A DNA stretch of 64,000 nucleotides from Ascidiella aspersa. Lineage: Eukaryota. The notes beneath the pieces are model-generated. The model was not told the origin of the DNA. It saw only the letters and a list, made by a program, of their open reading frames with translations, and did no database searches. The first letter of the stretch is position 1, and each line of letters starts with the position of its first letter. The position numbers and the translations under genes were made by a program. This document shows positions 61,301 to 64,000 of the stretch, in pieces. The stretch is from positions 24,056,001 through 24,120,000 of the forward strand of contig OZ004609.1 of assembly GCA_963924565.1 (NCBI GenBank). Direction: 5' to 3'.

Positions 61301-63906
61301 TACAGAAAGTTTCGAACTATTTAAATATAAACAACTCCGAAAACCGAAAATTTTAACAATATTCGGGAGTGTCGTGATTGATCATAATTTTTGTCTTCCC
61401 TAGCCACAAGAGTTTCAAAGAAGTGACAAGCGACAATCCGAAAGTGCGGGCAAAGGCAAGCCGTCGCTTGCTCCACTATCTCGTACACGAGTGCGGCCAC
61501 TGCATGGGGCTGAAGCACCCCTTCGAAGAAGGCGAGTTGATTTAGGAAAAGCAATAAATCCTTTATGATTAATTACGCCAAACTATTTATCCACTAACGA
61601 GTGAATTTTGGCATTGATACTGGCCCTTCAAAGCATAGGGTTACTCAATTCACTAGGAAACGACTAAGTGGTTTAGGAAATTGAAAGAACCCCAAAAGTT
61701 GCCATTCAGTTAGATGCCACGGCTATATATTTATAAGGTGAATTTGCTTTATAAAGGTGAATTTTGCTTTTTTTTATAAGGTGAATTTTCTTTTAACAGA
61801 ACAACAATAGAGAAAATTTACAGTCGCCCTTAACATACGACAAACTGTATGTAAATATATCAATATTATGAAATCGCATGAATAGTGCGCATTAAGCCTA
61901 AATGCCTGTGTGTATGTCTATTTGTAATACAAATGACTTACTTTCCAAAATGACCAAAAGTTTTGTGTCGAACTTGATAATCTCACCAGGCACACAGTTT
62001 GGGAATCACCAGGCTAGTCGGTGATCGATCTCGCTGACATGTAACCGGGGCTACAAAATCCGTTTAAAACAACCGATTCCCGTGGCCGACCTTCACATTG
62101 CCGCGTAGTGCATTTTATCAGCGTAACCAAAATTTAGTGGATATACAACAATTCACTCATTTATCCCCATATCGTGGTTGGAACACTCATTTATCCCCAT
62201 ATCGTGGTTGGAAAATATTTCACTTTTACGATTTACAGTGTGCGGCTATATCAGTTTTAACCTTTGCCCCGAGTCGGTAAGCGAGTAGTCTCGAGTAGCG
62301 GTACTCCACTTCCGAGTCCAATGAATTGTCTGCTTGTGCAGGTAATGTAGACTCCATGAGCTGGATGAACTACGCCTGGAAGTATGACGGCTTAAAAAAG
62401 CGCAAAGCCGGCGACTTCTACAAAAACTTCAAATTCACTTTTTCCCGTGAAGAGCTCCTGATCCTTCGCCATCAGCCTGACAAGGTTTGTTTTAAAATGC
62501 TGCTGCACCAATACTGTTTACTCCATGTTGAACCTGGTGATAATAATTTCAGTATAGTTGTTCATTGTGATACCTTTGTACGGACTGAACGGAAAAAGTA
62601 CTATATTATTGCTTTAACTTAAGTGGTTGAAACAAGTAATTGCTATAGATTTCTGTAGACGTAAATTGCTATATATTTCTACATAAAGTCGAAAGCGTAG
62701 AGATTTCCCATAGAATTTTTTACTGGTACATACGTTACAAGATACTAACGCGATTGTTTGAATCGGATTGTTTAGACCAGTGGTTGTTAACCTTTTTCAT
62801 TGCTGCACCCCTTTTAAATCACCAACCAATTCTCGTACTCCCTTCTAAAATTGCTTAAATAACAAAACCATCGTAATTTTATTTATACACAAGTAACTAA
62901 TAACTCAATAAAGCAATACCGAAATGTGAGTTAGTTTTACATTTAATTGAACAAAGAACTAAATTACAGTAATACATTTTCCGTGTCTGACTTAACATTC
63001 CCATACCTCTTGGGGGTGCATGTACCCCTGGTTTAGACTGTGAATTTCAGTATCTTCCTAGCGTTTCGATCTTGAAGAAAATTTTCAAACAATGAACAAC
63101 GTAAACGAGGCTTGCCTTTTTTAGCTATTTAAGCAGGCCTACAAAGAGGCCAACGATGAGGTTTTTGAGTTTGTGCCGCCTTCCAAGTCGGCTCCTCCAG
63201 ACTACCTGGGCGGATACGGATATGAAGATGAAGGTTACGGAAAAGCCGGGTACGGTGAATACGATGACGAGGAAGAGTTGGAGGACGACGACGAACAATA
63301 CGGAGGATACCAGCAGGGCCCAGCTAAGAGGCGCAAAACAGAAGTGAAAGCCAGAGAGGTCGTGTTTGACATTAACACCAAGAAAACGCCCTACAAGAAG
63401 GTACGTTTTTTACGTAATAAAGCAATTTACTTGGGTACACTAGTCACTATGCATGGATCTGTAATGCAGCTTGAGGATAAATTACAAAGGCAAAAAGGTC
63501 GAGTATATTGACATCATCTTTATTGAGACGTTTCGATACGAGCTTGTATCACTGACACTGATGCAATTTATTATAAACAATTTACATAAATAAAATTAAA
63601 CGTTTACCAATTACGCGGTAATGTTGTTGTATGGTAGTACTAGAAGGTAGTTTGTCGTTAGCCCTCACGTTCGCAACTTCAATATAGATGTATTTGCACT
63701 CGGGTTATTCTGCCGCTGCAACAGGTTTAAATTTAAGTTTGCAGTTGGTGTAATGACATTTTAATATTTAAACCCAGGGCGACATCGTTGAACTGCAGAC
63801 CAGCCTGACGAACGTTGGAAAACTGCCAGCAAAGATCGAGGCCAATTTCGAGCCGGGTGGTGGAAATCTTACTGTCTATGTTACTGACCCGCAGGGTTAC
63901 GTTAAG
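55346..63906 (+). CDS. Metzincin-type zinc metallopeptidase resembling uncharacterised bacterial proteins; at least 9 exons, 495 aa within the window, 3' end beyond the window
   Basis: Exons 55346-55397, 57408-57558, 58111-58345, 59328-59507, 60696-60886, 61404-61531 (GC donor), 62342-62484, 63125-63400, 63778-63906 join in frame. HECGHCMGLKH at 61486-61518 (HExxHxxGxxH) is followed by the Met-turn SWMNY. There is no hydrophobic signal peptide. Confidence 0.85.
55458..55630. mobile_element. MITE family with internal telomere-like repeats, copy 3 (clearest ~26-bp TIRs)
   Basis: ggcgctggtatagaatcctaccacat / atgtggtaggattccagaccagcgcc. Confidence 0.8.
56030..57337. mobile_element. Non-autonomous hAT-like element (~1.3 kb) with a probable nested, degenerate hAT MITE at ~56533-57130
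   Basis: TIRs caggcgcggatctagg / cctaggtccgcccctg; TSD ccagtgca/ccagtgcg; gggccatgg at both subtermini. The inner element starts caatggtcggcaacc and carries gcgggcc motifs at both ends. Confidence 0.75.
61731..61788. repeat. Three imperfect tandem copies of ttata(a)aggtgaattt
   Basis: Directly visible triplicated 15-16-nt unit with short spacers. Confidence 0.85.
62154..62213. repeat. Perfect 30-bp tandem duplication
   Basis: cactcatttatccccatatcgtggttggaa x2. Confidence 0.95.
62778..63030. mobile_element. hAT-type MITE with a truncated right TIR
   Basis: Starts cagtggttgttaacc, ends gggggtgcatgtacccctg, and is flanked by a perfect 8-bp repeat gtttagac. Confidence 0.75.
63433..63551. repeat. 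Second, single-arm copy of the 21006-21230 family; hammerhead truncated (no CUGAnGA)
   Basis: gggtacacta...ggatctgtaa...aaaaaggtcgagta...gacgtttcgatacgagcttgtatca is shared with 21006-21117. Confidence 0.8.
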
Positions 63907-64000
63907 GTATAATTCCAATCTGCAATAACACACATTGCTACTCCTTGGTGGTATAACTTTTATAATGATTGGTGAACGAAGTGCAATTGCGGTGTTTGTG

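Noticed and set aside
62154-62213. 30-bp direct repeat of CRISPR-like length
   Set aside because: Only two adjacent copies with no spacer, in a eukaryotic intron; it is a simple tandem duplication.
55346-63906. Possibility that the bacterial-like protease is contaminating bacterial DNA
   Set aside because: It is split by at least 8 spliceosomal introns, and two of its intronic repeat families also occur in the RMDN1, CCDC40 and ANKRD27 introns.

Overview
Compact, AT-rich, intron-containing animal genomic DNA. An ascidian/tunicate source is a plausible inference (short introns, mosaic CpG depletion, tight gene spacing) but is not proven. Six spliced protein-coding genes were reconstructed by hand: RMDN1 (-) and TTI1 (-), which are tightly linked and may form an operon; ANKRD27/VARP (+), head-to-head with TTI1; an unnamed ~763-aa protein with a Death domain and a TRADD-N-like domain (+); CCDC40 (+); and, running off the right edge, a metzincin (HExGHxxGxxH plus Met-turn). 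The metzincin lacks a signal peptide and resembles uncharacterised bacterial metallopeptidases, so it is a candidate intronised horizontal transfer that has gained an acidic insert carrying an NLS-like motif. Three inverted-repeat elements unrelated in sequence each carry a minimal type-I hammerhead ribozyme core (CUGAnGA-stem II-GAAA(C/U)-GUH), typical of Penelope-like retroelement ends. One of them lies in the TTI1-RMDN1 spacer. The window also has several hAT-type MITEs with 8-bp TSDs, a MITE family containing telomere-like repeats, and three GC-AG introns. Family assignments come from recalled sequence knowledge; no database search was run.
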